From assembly GCA_009841335.1 (NCBI GenBank), contig VXLY01000028.1, forward strand, positions 3,313 through 67,312: a DNA stretch of 64,000 nucleotides, given 5' to 3'. A program made the translations under genes and the position numbers. The notes under the pieces are model-generated. The model saw nothing but the letters and a program-made list of their open reading frames with translations, was not told where the DNA came from and did no database searches. Below, in pieces: positions 1-9,768 of this stretch (the stretch's first letter is position 1; every line of letters begins with the position of its first letter). Origin of the DNA: Rhodothermaceae bacterium (GTDB lineage Bacteria; Bacteroidota; Rhodothermia; Rhodothermales; Bin80).

Positions 1-248
1 AAGTCAAAGGAAAAGGCGATCATCCCACGAATCGCCAATTCGCGTGCGTAGGTACCAGCCATCTGCTTTTTTACCGTTGTCCATGCTCCAGTGACCACGA
101 CAGCGGGAAGACGGCAATGGCCATTCATTCTTGATTGAGCCGGCTTGTATAGAATCCCTTTGAGGGCGTTATCGGCACTTTTGAATGTCACCGATTCGGC
201 CTCAACTGAATCTGGTGTGGGCGTGTTTTGCAAATTTATCAATTCCAT
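1..248 (-). CDS. alpha/beta-hydrolase-fold protein, N-terminal part (gene runs off the left edge)
   Basis: Own translation of the minus strand from the ATG (rc of cat at 246-248): MELINLQNTPTPDSVEAESVTFKSADNALKGILYKPAQSRMNGHCRLPAVVVTGAWTTVKKQMAGTYARELAIRGMIAFSFD, open to position 1. The VVVTGAW..K.Q...YA..LA..G...FSFD pattern resembles dienelactone-hydrolase-like alpha/beta hydrolases. It is absent from the ORF track because it is truncated. Confidence 0.5.
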   Translation of the reverse strand, partial: MELINLQNTPTPDSVEAESVTFKSADNALKGILYKPAQSRMNGHCRLPAVVVTGAWTTVKKQMAGTYARELAIRGMIAFSFD

Positions 249-606
249 AGATTTCGCATCTGTTGATGGTTGTCAAGCAGTATTTCGGCCCAATTCAATG
301 CAATGTTGATGTGATTGATTCGCCATTCGTCAGATCAAGAATTATGACTCTGATCAATCGCCCCGTATACCAACAGTATCGACTGTCCTATAAACTTTGA
401 TCTTTTCCCTCCACGCCTTCCGACAAAAATTGGACTAGAAAACCTCAGCGATAAAGTCCAATGACGTGGCAATAGGTCTTCCCGATGGAAGAAATAGGGT
501 GGGTGCCCAGTGTTGATCCTACACGACCGAGCCGTTACACTTATTGCTAAATCCACTAAATTCACAATCAGCTGTATCGGAATGACCTTTACTTGCATTA
601 TTGACC

Positions 607-1581
607 ATGATCACCCGAAGGGACTTTATCAAATTAGGAGCTGCAATGCCTGTTGGCATTGCACTCAGGACACCACCCGTACGCCCGGACCGAACCCAAT
701 CGCAGATTGAACGTGTAGGCGTGGGGTTGTTTACGATTCCGAAGTTGCTCGAAGAGGATTTTTCGGGCACTATGGCACGGCTGGCCACCATTGGCTATAA
801 GGAAGTCGAATTGTTTGGCCCCTACCCCTATACCGTACCTGAGGTAGTAGCTACTTGGGAGCCAATAGCCCAATCCATCGGTCTCTCCCAGAGCGGCTAT
901 TATGGACATACCCCTCGGGAGGTCCGTGACATTTTGGATGCCAACGGCCTTTCGTCGCCTTCTATGCATATTGATCTCGGGACCCTCCAAACTCGGCTGG
1001 ATGAAGTGGCCGAGGCTTCTCAGGTGTTGGGACACCGATACGCCGGTATCGCGGCTATCCCCCCGGAACTGCGCACCAACCTGGATGATTACCGCCGAAT
1101 TGCCGATATCTTCAATGAAGTTGGCCTGGCCATGAAGGAAGTGGGGCTCCAGTTTCTCTACCACAACCATGGCTACGGGCTTGTGGAGATGGAAGGCAGT
1201 ATTCCGTTCAATCTGATCCTGGACCGTACGGACCCAGACCTGGTCGTCATGGAAATGGATGTCTTCTGGATGACGGCGGGAAGAGCCGATCCGGTGGAAT
1301 ATCTGAATGCCTATCCCGGTCGCGTTAAGCTTATGCACATCAAGGATATGACCGAGCTGGTTCGATTTGAAGGAGACGGAGGCGATCCGTCCCAGTGGAT
1401 ACCGCTTTTTCCCAAAATGGCGGATGCCGGTGAAGGAGTGCTGGATCTTGACGAGATCCTAAAAGTGGCATCCATGACCGGAGCGGAGCACTTCTATCTG
1501 GAGCGTGATCTGGCTCCCGACCCCGATCAGACGCTCAAAGGCAGTTATCAGTTCCTGTCGTCAATCGCTCCTGCAGAATGA
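607..1581 (+). CDS. sugar phosphate isomerase/epimerase (xylose-isomerase-like TIM barrel) with Tat-type signal
   Basis: ORF 601..1581; the first ATG is at 607, giving MITRRDFIKLGAAMPVGIAL (twin-arginine motif RRDFIK). The body (GYKEVELFGPY, LYHNHGYG, DVFW, MHIKD) is typical of the AP-endonuclease-2/xylose-isomerase-like TIM barrel family. Confidence 0.8.
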   Translation: MITRRDFIKLGAAMPVGIALRTPPVRPDRTQSQIERVGVGLFTIPKLLEEDFSGTMARLATIGYKEVELFGPYPYTVPEVVATWEPIAQSIGLSQSGYYGHTPREVRDILDANGLSSPSMHIDLGTLQTRLDEVAEASQVLGHRYAGIAAIPPELRTNLDDYRRIADIFNEVGLAMKEVGLQFLYHNHGYGLVEMEGSIPFNLILDRTDPDLVVMEMDVFWMTAGRADPVEYLNAYPGRVKLMHIKDMTELVRFEGDGGDPSQWIPLFPKMADAGEGVLDLDEILKVASMTGAEHFYLERDLAPDPDQTLKGSYQFLSSIAPAE

Positions 1582-1808
1582 CCGCCGACCTTTGACGTCC
1601 AAGGAGATGGGTGCCCAATACTGCATCGTGTGCACCCCTTGAGCATGAATCGGCATACCAGAATAACCCGGCTGGATTTCGGTGGCCAAAGACCGGCTGC
1701 CATTGTGACAGCTCCTAGCGACCAAGGACAGGGTTTTGCGGCCCCCCGATAAAGCGGCATGTCTCCACAGATCATTGCGCTGCAATCGGTGGCCGTTTTT
1801 AACTAGGG

Positions 1809-3131
1809 CTATGAAGCGCCAGCAATTCGTTGGTCATCGGGGGTCTGCACCCGGCTGCCCCGCATGCCATAGTACAGAATTATCAGGAAGCAGCCCAGCG
1901 GTACCAGATACGCCACATGAATACCTGCCAGATCGGACACTTGACCCTGCAGGGCGGTCAACACAGCTCCTCCCAGAATAGCCATCACGAGTCCAGAAGC
2001 GCCAATCTTGGCGTCTTCTCCCAATCCTTCCACGGCGATGCCGTAAATGGTCGGAAACATCAACGACATGCATCCAGAAACCCCTACCAGTGCAACGGCA
2101 CCGACCTGCCCTCCAACCAGGACCACCAGCAGCGTGAACCCGCACGCACCGGCAGCCATTATGCTCAGTAGACGCTGCGGCGAAAGTATCTTCATCAGTG
2201 CGGTGCACACAAATCGGGACGCCGAAAACAACAGAATAGAGGCCAGATAGTAGTTGGCGGCTGACGCTTCGTTCATATCCAGTTCGTTCATCACGTAGCG
2301 GATCGTAAATGACCATACGCCAATCTGCGCGCCTACATAAAAAAACTGGGCAATCACACCCTTGACGTAATGCGGGCGGCCCAGCAGCCGCCTAAGTGTC
2401 GGCAACAAATCTACCGACGTTTCTTGGTCTGAGGCCCGTGGGAATTTGGTAACGGCAAACAGAATCCACACCCCAACAATGATGAAGGCAATGGTCACAT
2501 ACGGCCCCATGACCGCCGCCAGCTCCGCCTCTTGCATTTGTTGCAGTTGCTCTGGAGCCATCTGCGCCCGTTCCTCGGTGGATGCCTCATTGAGACCGGA
2601 GAGGATGAAAAACTTCCCCAGAATCACGCCCGTTATAGAGCCCAGTGGATTAAAGGACTGAGCCAGATTCAGTCGGCGGGTAGCACTGGCCTCCGGCCCC
2701 ATGGCGATCGCGTACGGATTGGCGCTTGTTTCAAGTATCGATAGACCGCCCGCCAGAATAAACAACGCTACCAGAAAATGTCCGTATACCATTGTCTGGC
2801 TGGCGGGAAAAAAGAGCAACGCCCCAGCCGCAAACAGACCGAGCCCCAGCATCACCCCCGACTTGTAACTGAAGCGTCGAATAAAAACAGCCGCCGGCAG
2901 CGCCAGACAGAAATAGGACCCGTAGAAGGCAATCTGAATCCAGCTGGTCTGGAAATCAGACATGCTCATGATCTTCTTGAAGGTGGCCAGTAGCACATCC
3001 GTCATGTTGTTTGCCAGACCCCAGAAGGCAAACAGACTGGTCAGTAGTATGAACGGCCACAGATACTCACGGGGAACCAACGTGCCATGCAATTTCCGGC
3101 CGGGTTCCGTTTTGCTAGCTATGTTCTGCAT
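1809..3131 (-). CDS. fucP: L-fucose:H+ symporter permease (MFS)
   Basis: 440-aa polytopic ORF. The N-terminal region FAFWGLANNMTDVLLATFKKIMSMSDFQTSWIQIAFYGSYFCLALPAAVFIRRFSYKSG matches the conserved FucP/glucose-galactose transporter signature region. Confidence 0.85.
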   Translation of the reverse strand: MQNIASKTEPGRKLHGTLVPREYLWPFILLTSLFAFWGLANNMTDVLLATFKKIMSMSDFQTSWIQIAFYGSYFCLALPAAVFIRRFSYKSGVMLGLGLFAAGALLFFPASQTMVYGHFLVALFILAGGLSILETSANPYAIAMGPEASATRRLNLAQSFNPLGSITGVILGKFFILSGLNEASTEERAQMAPEQLQQMQEAELAAVMGPYVTIAFIIVGVWILFAVTKFPRASDQETSVDLLPTLRRLLGRPHYVKGVIAQFFYVGAQIGVWSFTIRYVMNELDMNEASAANYYLASILLFSASRFVCTALMKILSPQRLLSIMAAGACGFTLLVVLVGGQVGAVALVGVSGCMSLMFPTIYGIAVEGLGEDAKIGASGLVMAILGGAVLTALQGQVSDLAGIHVAYLVPLGCFLIILYYGMRGSRVQTPDDQRIAGAS

Positions 3132-3542
3132 TCAAAGCGCATTATTGATGAAAGTGGAATATATCTGTCAACTGTTGGACTAAACTGTTCAAGGAGAAAC
3201 ACCTCGGGGCCCGCGCGATGCTGGCATTCACGCAAAACCGGCGCAGGCCTGATGGGGACACTACCGTAGCCCGGGTCCCAGCGTGTCTCCGTCGGCTCCC
3301 ACGGCCCAGAGCTACGCCACCCTGCACGCGGCTGCATCCCGGTCTGGCAACTGTTCACCTCGTCAGTACATGTGAACACATCAGGCGTAACCGCTCCATC
3401 GGACGGGAGAATCTTCTTCCCCGCATTGCGGCCCATTGCCCTTTGGCCAGATCGCAGGACTACTTGCAGGGCATGTGATCTTGGCTGGCAATCCCGTTTA
3501 TCAGCCATCGTCTCAGATCACTTGTGTAGAATTCGCCTTCAA

Positions 3543-4778
3543 CTACTCGCCGAATATGGACCGGATTGTATCCAATGATTTGCCGAGCACCGCTACGGCC
3601 GTGCGATCAAGCGCTTCCTCATCTCCCTGCAAATGGATCGTGCGATGAACATGTGTATGCGCTTCACCTGGTGCCAGGGCCATTGCTGGAGAAGAGGTTT
3701 CCAGTTCATAAAAGGGACCCAATGGGGGTACGCCTTCCTCCGGGGGGCCATCATTGTAGCTGTTGACCACATCGCCGCTGAACGGGTCTTCCTGGAGTTC
3801 CCACATGGAGTTGACGTATTGATCGTCTTCATTCGGCAGGGTATACTGCACCAGCGTCAGCACCCCGTTGGCCGCGTCATAGCTTCCGAATGTCGGCATG
3901 CTGCGGGCCTTCGAAAACCCGATCTTGCTGCGGAATTCGCCGTCACCCTTGAAATAAACCACCTCGTCGTCGTGCGTTAGCCGGTCCGCGGGTACCTCTC
4001 CAAAATAGGCCGCATTCACCACTGGGCCAGCATCCTCTTCACTGCCAGCCGCATACGGTACCACCACAGTTGTTGTCGGCGACGGATTGTACATCCCCAG
4101 AATCCAGATGGACAGAAGTCCGGTCTCTACAGTCCAGGCTTCACTCCCAGTGTTGGTTACCGTGTTGACGGATTCGAACGCCACCGTGTGGATACCTGGG
4201 TCAATTTCCAGCCCCAGGAGTACATTTACAGTGTCCACAGACAGCAACCGCACCGCGCGATCCACCTTCAGATCAAAGACCGTCCCGGAATAGTTCTGAA
4301 GCCGCATGTCCTTTTCAAATGTGACCTGCTCGGCAGACTGGGACACGATCGCCCACGGCCCCCAGTCAATTTCCTCCGGTACATGCCAGTGATCCAGATC
4401 GAAAGGATCCCCCTCCTTGAAGTATATCGAGAACTGTCCACCCTCGGGGCCGAGCCAGAAGCGGTCCTCCCCGCCAAACACATTGATGTGTTCCTGCCGT
4501 TGACCGGAAGCAATCACGGTCCTGTTAATCCAGCCGAAGCTGGTGCCTTCGCTGCCCTGGGCCGTACTGGTCAACACACGCCCCTGCATTTCAGGGCTGA
4601 CGGCAACCTGTGCCTGCCCTCCAGCGTCTGTGAGCACCACCAGGCTGGTGTGCTCCTGCAGAAATTCAAGGTCTGAACCAAAAGTGGCGGTCTCGGCGGG
4701 TGGCTCCATGGTGGTTGCGGGCGGATTGCAGGCTGCGAGCAAAATTAGCGCAGTCACAATAGCGCATTCAGTCGTCAT
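3543..4778 (-). CDS. exported lipoprotein of unknown function, last gene of the sulfatase operon
   Basis: ORF 3543..4838 begins with a TTG overlapping the upstream stop. The more likely start is the ATG at 4778, giving MTTECAIVTALILLAAC (lipobox LAAC). I recognise no catalytic motif. The protein is beta-rich and Trp/Asp-rich. Confidence 0.6.
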   Translation of the reverse strand: MTTECAIVTALILLAACNPPATTMEPPAETATFGSDLEFLQEHTSLVVLTDAGGQAQVAVSPEMQGRVLTSTAQGSEGTSFGWINRTVIASGQRQEHINVFGGEDRFWLGPEGGQFSIYFKEGDPFDLDHWHVPEEIDWGPWAIVSQSAEQVTFEKDMRLQNYSGTVFDLKVDRAVRLLSVDTVNVLLGLEIDPGIHTVAFESVNTVTNTGSEAWTVETGLLSIWILGMYNPSPTTTVVVPYAAGSEEDAGPVVNAAYFGEVPADRLTHDDEVVYFKGDGEFRSKIGFSKARSMPTFGSYDAANGVLTLVQYTLPNEDDQYVNSMWELQEDPFSGDVVNSYNDGPPEEGVPPLGPFYELETSSPAMALAPGEAHTHVHRTIHLQGDEEALDRTAVAVLGKSLDTIRSIFGE

Positions 4779-4834
4779 CAGCGCGTCAGTTTGTTGATCC
4801 CAGACTGTGGTTCGTTGAATATACGACCTGAGAT

Positions 4835-7651
4835 TCAAGGCATTATGGTAATTGAATAGCTTGTCAGATCCTCGGCGTATAGTCCCGGGTAGGTCTGACC
4901 ATCAATCGTCAGGTCATAGGGCCCCGCATCGGGCAGTCCTTCGATACGTATCACCGCTGGATAGGGCTCCTCATACGGCGAGGGCAGTTCGGACATCAAC
5001 TTTGTGATATCTATGGTGAGCGAGTGACCTTCCAGATCAAAGCCGTCAACGGCCAGTCCGTCCACGCCCACGGCGATATCACGAGCTACATCAATGTAGA
5101 CGCTTCCCAGCTGTTTAAGCACATCAGCTGCGGCCATGAGACCGCCCACCTCTGCCCAACTCGGGCCTGAACGTAGCGGGGTCTGAGGAAAGCCTTCATG
5201 GTCAATATTCTCCGGCCCCAATCCGAAGGGAAACGTAGGTGCATTGTAGATTCCGTTGGCTGTATGGCGAGGGTGCGTAACCAGTGTCAGGGATGAGCGG
5301 GCCGCCGCGACGCCGCGTTCAATGAAATCCTGGCGACCGGTCAGCAATCCCAGACGTACCAGAATGCCTGCGAATCGGTGATCCCGCTGGTCAAGCCATT
5401 CGGCATCCCCAATCTGCGACGTGAAACCGCCAAAAGGATAGGCCGTGATGATGTAATGCGGCGCCCAAACCGTCTGGAGCAGCACTGCGTAGTCCGCAAC
5501 CGCCTCCGCTGCATCCAAGTAATCGGGCTCTCCAGTTGTTTCGTACATTGAAACGAAGCCCTGTAGCGCCCATGACATAGCCATAGCATTGCGTGGCGGC
5601 TGCCCGGTCCGTTCATCATGGAAGGTTTCGGCCTTCACTGCGCAAGAGTAAAGCGCCTCAAAGTCAATCCAACGCTGCGTGGGCAGCACCTCCGTTAAGA
5701 GAAACGCCGCCGCTCGCCTGGCCGCATCCAGGTAAAGGGTATTACCCGTTGCGCGAAAAAGCTCACTGAGTACCCATACATTCGCCCCTCCTTCCGCATT
5801 CCATCGCATGGGCAACCGTGGCTCTAGATTGGCATCAAACCAGGCGGGCACGGTGCCGTCGGGAGCCATGCGCTCAATCAAAAAATCCCCAAATCGCTGC
5901 GCAAATGCCAGAATGTGCGGATCTTCCCGTCCGAGACGATAGAATTCCATCAGGTAGCCTACCGTAACAGCTGCCGCGGCTGTGTGGTAATCCGACGTCT
6001 CCCAGTCCCAGTAGTTGCGTGTCTCATTCGGATTATAATCCTCCCCGGGAAACCGCCAGAGGCTGCGCTGCCAGGACTTCTTGTCCAGGTCATACAGGGA
6101 CGGAAACATCCCCTGTTGCTGCGGGGCATCCAGAACTAGGTTGATAATCCGGTCAACCTTCGCCCCGAATGATGCATCAGACAACGTCTCCCCCCAATAA
6201 GACAACCCCAGCGCATCGGCGACATTGTTCCACCAGGCTGTGATGTAGGTCAGATGAAACCATTGGGGCGCTGTCAGCCGCAACATGCCCATTTCCTGCC
6301 CGTCCGTCTCCCACTCCTGCCAGGACGTCCAAGCCTGTGGCCCGTCCTGGGATCTTTGAACCATTACCGGCTGATTGTTCTCAAATTCCACCGTATATCC
6401 CTTGTAGTTAAAGCTCGCCGGATAGAGGGCTCTGGCATATTCGGCAAATGGAAGTGCCTGTGGTCGTGGCTTCCGAAAATAGTGCTGACCATAGTGTTCC
6501 CACAGGAATTGGGAAACGCGCTGGTAGCCGCGGTGCGAGGGTGCATCGGAAGCTAGGAGGAGATCCATGCCGTACTGCAACTCATGGCCGGAAAGAGTGC
6601 GTACAAACGTGCCTCCGGCGTTAACATGGCGCCAATACACGTGCTGCTCCGCGATTACATCCATCAGGCCGTAGGCCAACAGGGGTTGACTGGTCATCCC
6701 GGAGACAAGCTCGAGGTCCAGTACGGCTGGCAATGTTATTCTGGACGAATCAATCGGCACTCCAAAAATCCAACGATGCCACTGTGGGCGTGCCCGTTCC
6801 GCATAGACCCTGTGCTCATTAATCAGATTCAGGTCCGGTACGATGGCGGCGACCTGACCGCCGGTCTGCACCATTACTGTCGGCGCAAAAAAGACACGGT
6901 CCGCAATGACATCACCAGGAGAACGCTTGTATGCTGGCGCATGACTGAATTCCGGAGTACCTCCTTCTGCAAATGCGATGGGGGAAAGCAGGTATTCCAA
7001 TTGTGGCGGGTCACCCTTGAGCTCTGCCCGCACATTGATGTGCACCGAAGCCGCACCGCTGCGCAGTGTCAATGACTGCTCTATGTCAGCGATCGGTGTA
7101 CTTCCCGACAGTGTCACAGTCACCTGATCATCGTCCTGTCCTGCAATTGCAAACGTACTAAGTACTTCTGGAACGATGATACGGTAGTCATCCGCCACTT
7201 CGAGCGCCCGACCGTGCTCATTGGACCGATCCAAATACAGCTCGGTCGTGTTCACAGGTCGCGGGGATGGCGGCCTGAAGGCCTCGGCCACCTCCACCCA
7301 TATCCCGTCCCTAGCGGCAAAAAAGTGCTGACTGACTCCAAACTCATCTTTCTCAATGACAACCCTTACCTGCTGGTTGGAGAATTCCAATCCGTTTTCG
7401 GTGTGATGTACACTGACCTGTGCCGATGACCCTGTAGCCAGGATGATCATCCACAGTAGGATTATGGCGCAGCGCACGGGGGTACAAATCCTACCGGTTT
7501 TGGCACGAATGATGGTGACTATCGCCCGACCCATTGCGGAGAGTTGAGGCGTGTAGGCAGCCCCGGCAGGCCTGCCTAGCGGGCTGATCAGGGGTATTGT
7601 AGCGTTAGTTCCCATTGTTCTCTTAAGTCTTAATTGACCGATCGTTGGCAC
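4835..7651 (-). CDS. large exported protein with C-terminal six-hairpin (alpha/alpha)6-glycosidase-like region; family unassigned
   Basis: 938-aa ORF. The probable true start is an internal Met giving MGRAIVTIIRAKTGRICTPVRCAIILLWMIILATGSSAQ (signal peptide). The C-terminal half has repeated helix-pair segments (AAAAVTVGYLMEFYRLG, GANVWVLSELFRATGNTLYLDAARRAAAFL, AMSWALQGFVSMYETTGEPDYLDAAEAVADYAV) of the kind seen in (alpha/alpha)6 barrels. Its stop overlaps the next gene. Confidence 0.55.
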   Translation of the reverse strand: MPTIGQLRLKRTMGTNATIPLISPLGRPAGAAYTPQLSAMGRAIVTIIRAKTGRICTPVRCAIILLWMIILATGSSAQVSVHHTENGLEFSNQQVRVVIEKDEFGVSQHFFAARDGIWVEVAEAFRPPSPRPVNTTELYLDRSNEHGRALEVADDYRIIVPEVLSTFAIAGQDDDQVTVTLSGSTPIADIEQSLTLRSGAASVHINVRAELKGDPPQLEYLLSPIAFAEGGTPEFSHAPAYKRSPGDVIADRVFFAPTVMVQTGGQVAAIVPDLNLINEHRVYAERARPQWHRWIFGVPIDSSRITLPAVLDLELVSGMTSQPLLAYGLMDVIAEQHVYWRHVNAGGTFVRTLSGHELQYGMDLLLASDAPSHRGYQRVSQFLWEHYGQHYFRKPRPQALPFAEYARALYPASFNYKGYTVEFENNQPVMVQRSQDGPQAWTSWQEWETDGQEMGMLRLTAPQWFHLTYITAWWNNVADALGLSYWGETLSDASFGAKVDRIINLVLDAPQQQGMFPSLYDLDKKSWQRSLWRFPGEDYNPNETRNYWDWETSDYHTAAAAVTVGYLMEFYRLGREDPHILAFAQRFGDFLIERMAPDGTVPAWFDANLEPRLPMRWNAEGGANVWVLSELFRATGNTLYLDAARRAAAFLLTEVLPTQRWIDFEALYSCAVKAETFHDERTGQPPRNAMAMSWALQGFVSMYETTGEPDYLDAAEAVADYAVLLQTVWAPHYIITAYPFGGFTSQIGDAEWLDQRDHRFAGILVRLGLLTGRQDFIERGVAAARSSLTLVTHPRHTANGIYNAPTFPFGLGPENIDHEGFPQTPLRSGPSWAEVGGLMAAADVLKQLGSVYIDVARDIAVGVDGLAVDGFDLEGHSLTIDITKLMSELPSPYEEPYPAVIRIEGLPDAGPYDLTIDGQTYPGLYAEDLTSYSITIMP

Positions 7652-7669
7652 CTCACCCTTCGAATGGAC

Positions 7670-9163
7670 CTATTCTTTTGGGAGATCACGACCCATTGCC
7701 TGGTGATCCTGTTGTGAACGCAGATGCCGTAGGCTTCGGCGATCGTCCATCAAGTGCGTGATCGGGAGTTGATCTGTCCCGGTCTTATCCCATGAGCCCA
7801 ACTCGGCCCGTGCACGCGCAGCCTCCGCCATCAATCGTTCCACTATTTCCGGATGGGCGGAAGCGAGATCCTGAGTTTCTCCGGGGTCTGCTTGCAAGTC
7901 ATACAGCAGCGGTTGTTCAAGTTCACGAAGCCCCGACTCCCACCAGACTAGCATCTGCGAACTGCGAGGGAGGTGCAGCTTCCAGCGACCCTCGCGGACT
8001 GCCTGCAAGTTCACACCGTTATAGTAGTAGAATACGCGATCGTCTAACCCTTGAACCCCTTCTCCGAATAGAAGAGGGGACAAATCTCTGCCATCCACTT
8101 TGCGATCGGTAGGCAGAGCGGCCCCAGCAAGACTGGAAATTGTAGGGAGCAGGTCCATAGCATTGACCATCGCGCCGCTTACGGTTCCCGCCTCAATACG
8201 AACAGGCCAGCGCATGATGCAGGGCACCCGCATACCCCCTTCAAATGTGCTTCCCTTCCCCCCTCTAAAAGGCCCGCTGGAACCGTTGGGTCCAGGTCCA
8301 TTATCTGAGGTGAATACAACCAGTGTATCGTCTGCCAGACCAGATTCGTCAAGTGCGTCCAGGATCTGGCCGGTGCTCCAGTCCATCTCCTCAACCATGT
8401 CACCGTACACGCCTGCAGGCGATTGTCCTGCGAATCTTGGATTAGGCATCCAGGGTGCATGGACACGTGTGTGTGACAGGTATAACAGGAACGGATGGCG
8501 ACGATCCGCCAGCATAAACTCGACCGCTCGTTGCGTAAAGTGCTCCGTAATCGTGGTTAAATGGGCATCTGGATCCACCACTCCATCGTTTTCCAGCAAT
8601 GGCGTAGAGCCATCTGGGCTTGAATTTCCGACCATTCCATAGAACAGGTCGAACCCGTGGCGGGCAGGGTGAAATTCCGATCGCGCCGTGAACCCTTCAT
8701 GCGTCTTAAAGTCAAAATCACTCGGAATGCCCAGGTGCCATTTGCCCACGCAGGCCGTCCTGTAGCCTTGAGCTCTGACCAGTTCGGCAACGGTCACTTC
8801 ACTTTCCTGAAGCCCTAGATCGCTGTAGACCCCGCCCAGTGCGAATGGTACCCCGCATCGCGAGGGATACCGCCCTGTCAGCAATGCGGCACGTGAGGGG
8901 CTGCAAACCGAACAGAGGGACCGGAAATCGGTGAATCGAATGCCTTCTGCGGCGAGGCGATCCAGATAAGGCGTTCTGATCGTTTCGGATCCATAGCAGC
9001 CAAGGTCACCGTATCCCAGATCATCGGCAAAGATGAGGACTATATTGGGACCCTTGGCATTCGTATTCCGACAGCCAGTTCCATGGATGGCCGCAGCAAG
9101 GGTGGTCAGCAGGATGAATTCCCGCCTTGTCAAAGCAATATTGTCAGAAGCGGACTGCATCAT
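7670..9163 (-). CDS. arylsulfatase-family (S1, formylglycine-dependent) sulfatase, Tat/lipoprotein signal
   Basis: The formylglycine motif CSPSRAALLTGRYPSR is present. The N-terminus ALTRREFILLTTLAAAIHGTGC looks like a Tat signal plus lipobox. GKWHLG and FTSDNGP sulfatase motifs are also present. Confidence 0.9.
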   Translation of the reverse strand: MMQSASDNIALTRREFILLTTLAAAIHGTGCRNTNAKGPNIVLIFADDLGYGDLGCYGSETIRTPYLDRLAAEGIRFTDFRSLCSVCSPSRAALLTGRYPSRCGVPFALGGVYSDLGLQESEVTVAELVRAQGYRTACVGKWHLGIPSDFDFKTHEGFTARSEFHPARHGFDLFYGMVGNSSPDGSTPLLENDGVVDPDAHLTTITEHFTQRAVEFMLADRRHPFLLYLSHTRVHAPWMPNPRFAGQSPAGVYGDMVEEMDWSTGQILDALDESGLADDTLVVFTSDNGPGPNGSSGPFRGGKGSTFEGGMRVPCIMRWPVRIEAGTVSGAMVNAMDLLPTISSLAGAALPTDRKVDGRDLSPLLFGEGVQGLDDRVFYYYNGVNLQAVREGRWKLHLPRSSQMLVWWESGLRELEQPLLYDLQADPGETQDLASAHPEIVERLMAEAARARAELGSWDKTGTDQLPITHLMDDRRSLRHLRSQQDHQAMGRDLPKE

Positions 9164-9765
9164 TCGCCTGATTTTTCCAAGTGTGCATCCAACAACTCCA
9201 CGATGTGGTCGTGACCGTAATGCATTGCCAAACCCTTTGGGTCCAATCCACCTCCCGGATTAGCCTCTGCATCCGCCCCGGCCAAAAGAAGGGCCTCAGC
9301 GAGCGCGTGGCTGCCGCTGAATGCTGCCCAATGCAAGGGGGTCCATTTCTGAGCACCATTGGCTGTGCTGAGATTTGCGCCTGCGGCAATCAGTAGTCGG
9401 CCCGTGCCTTCCTGGCCCAGCATGGCGGCCCGCATAAGCGGTGTCCACCCGTCAATGCCTACCGCCTCGACATTGGCGCCCCATTCTAGGAGCAGTGTCG
9501 TAACCGCCTCGTGGCCAAGTTTAGCGGCACGGTGCAGCGGGGTCCAGCCGCCTGCCCCGATTTGTTCTAATTCCGCTCCAGCCTCCAACAGTATCCGTAC
9601 CATCGTGCTGTCACCTGTTGCTGCGGCACGGTGCAACGGCGCCCAATCGCCGTGCATACCATTTACGTCGGCTCCTGCAGTCAGTGCAGCTTGGACGGCC
9701 GCCAGATCTCCTGCCTCAATGGCGCGGTGCAACTCGCCGGTGGACTGCTGTATGGTGCTGTTCAT
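9160..9765 (-). CDS. ankyrin-repeat protein (about 6 ANK repeats), no signal peptide
   Basis: Repeated G-(W)TPLH-(R/W)AA-x-G-H-x-x-(V/L)-x-LL-x-x-GA motifs: WAPLHRAAATGD, WTPLHRAAKLGH, WTPLMRAAMLGQ, WTPLHWAAFSGS. The N-terminus MNSTIQQSTGELHRAIEAGD has no hydrophobic leader. There is a 4-nt overlap with the downstream sulfatase start. Confidence 0.85.
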   Translation of the reverse strand: MNSTIQQSTGELHRAIEAGDLAAVQAALTAGADVNGMHGDWAPLHRAAATGDSTMVRILLEAGAELEQIGAGGWTPLHRAAKLGHEAVTTLLLEWGANVEAVGIDGWTPLMRAAMLGQEGTGRLLIAAGANLSTANGAQKWTPLHWAAFSGSHALAEALLLAGADAEANPGGGLDPKGLAMHYGHDHIVELLDAHLEKSGE

Positions 9766-9768
9766 TAT

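Noticed and set aside
335-598. 87-aa minus-strand ORF and overlapping ORFs between the hydrolase and isomerase genes
   Set aside because: There are no motifs, it overlaps other equally poor ORFs, and the region is best explained as a divergent promoter region.
634-1338. Long ORFs antisense to or overlapping real genes (for example 634..1338, 8100..8642, 11496..12101, 16744..17448, 23955..24533, 27741..28439, 49017..49736)
   Set aside because: Each lies entirely inside a well-supported gene on the other strand or in another frame. Their translations are low-complexity and Arg/Pro/Ser-rich with no motifs. Such shadow ORFs are typical of moderately GC-rich coding DNA.
3119-3508. 129-aa ORF in the 410-bp gap upstream of fucP
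   Set aside because: The translation is Arg/Pro/Gly-rich with no motif or signal, and it overlaps the fucP start. It is more likely a promoter/leader region with locally high GC. A decayed gene remnant cannot be excluded.
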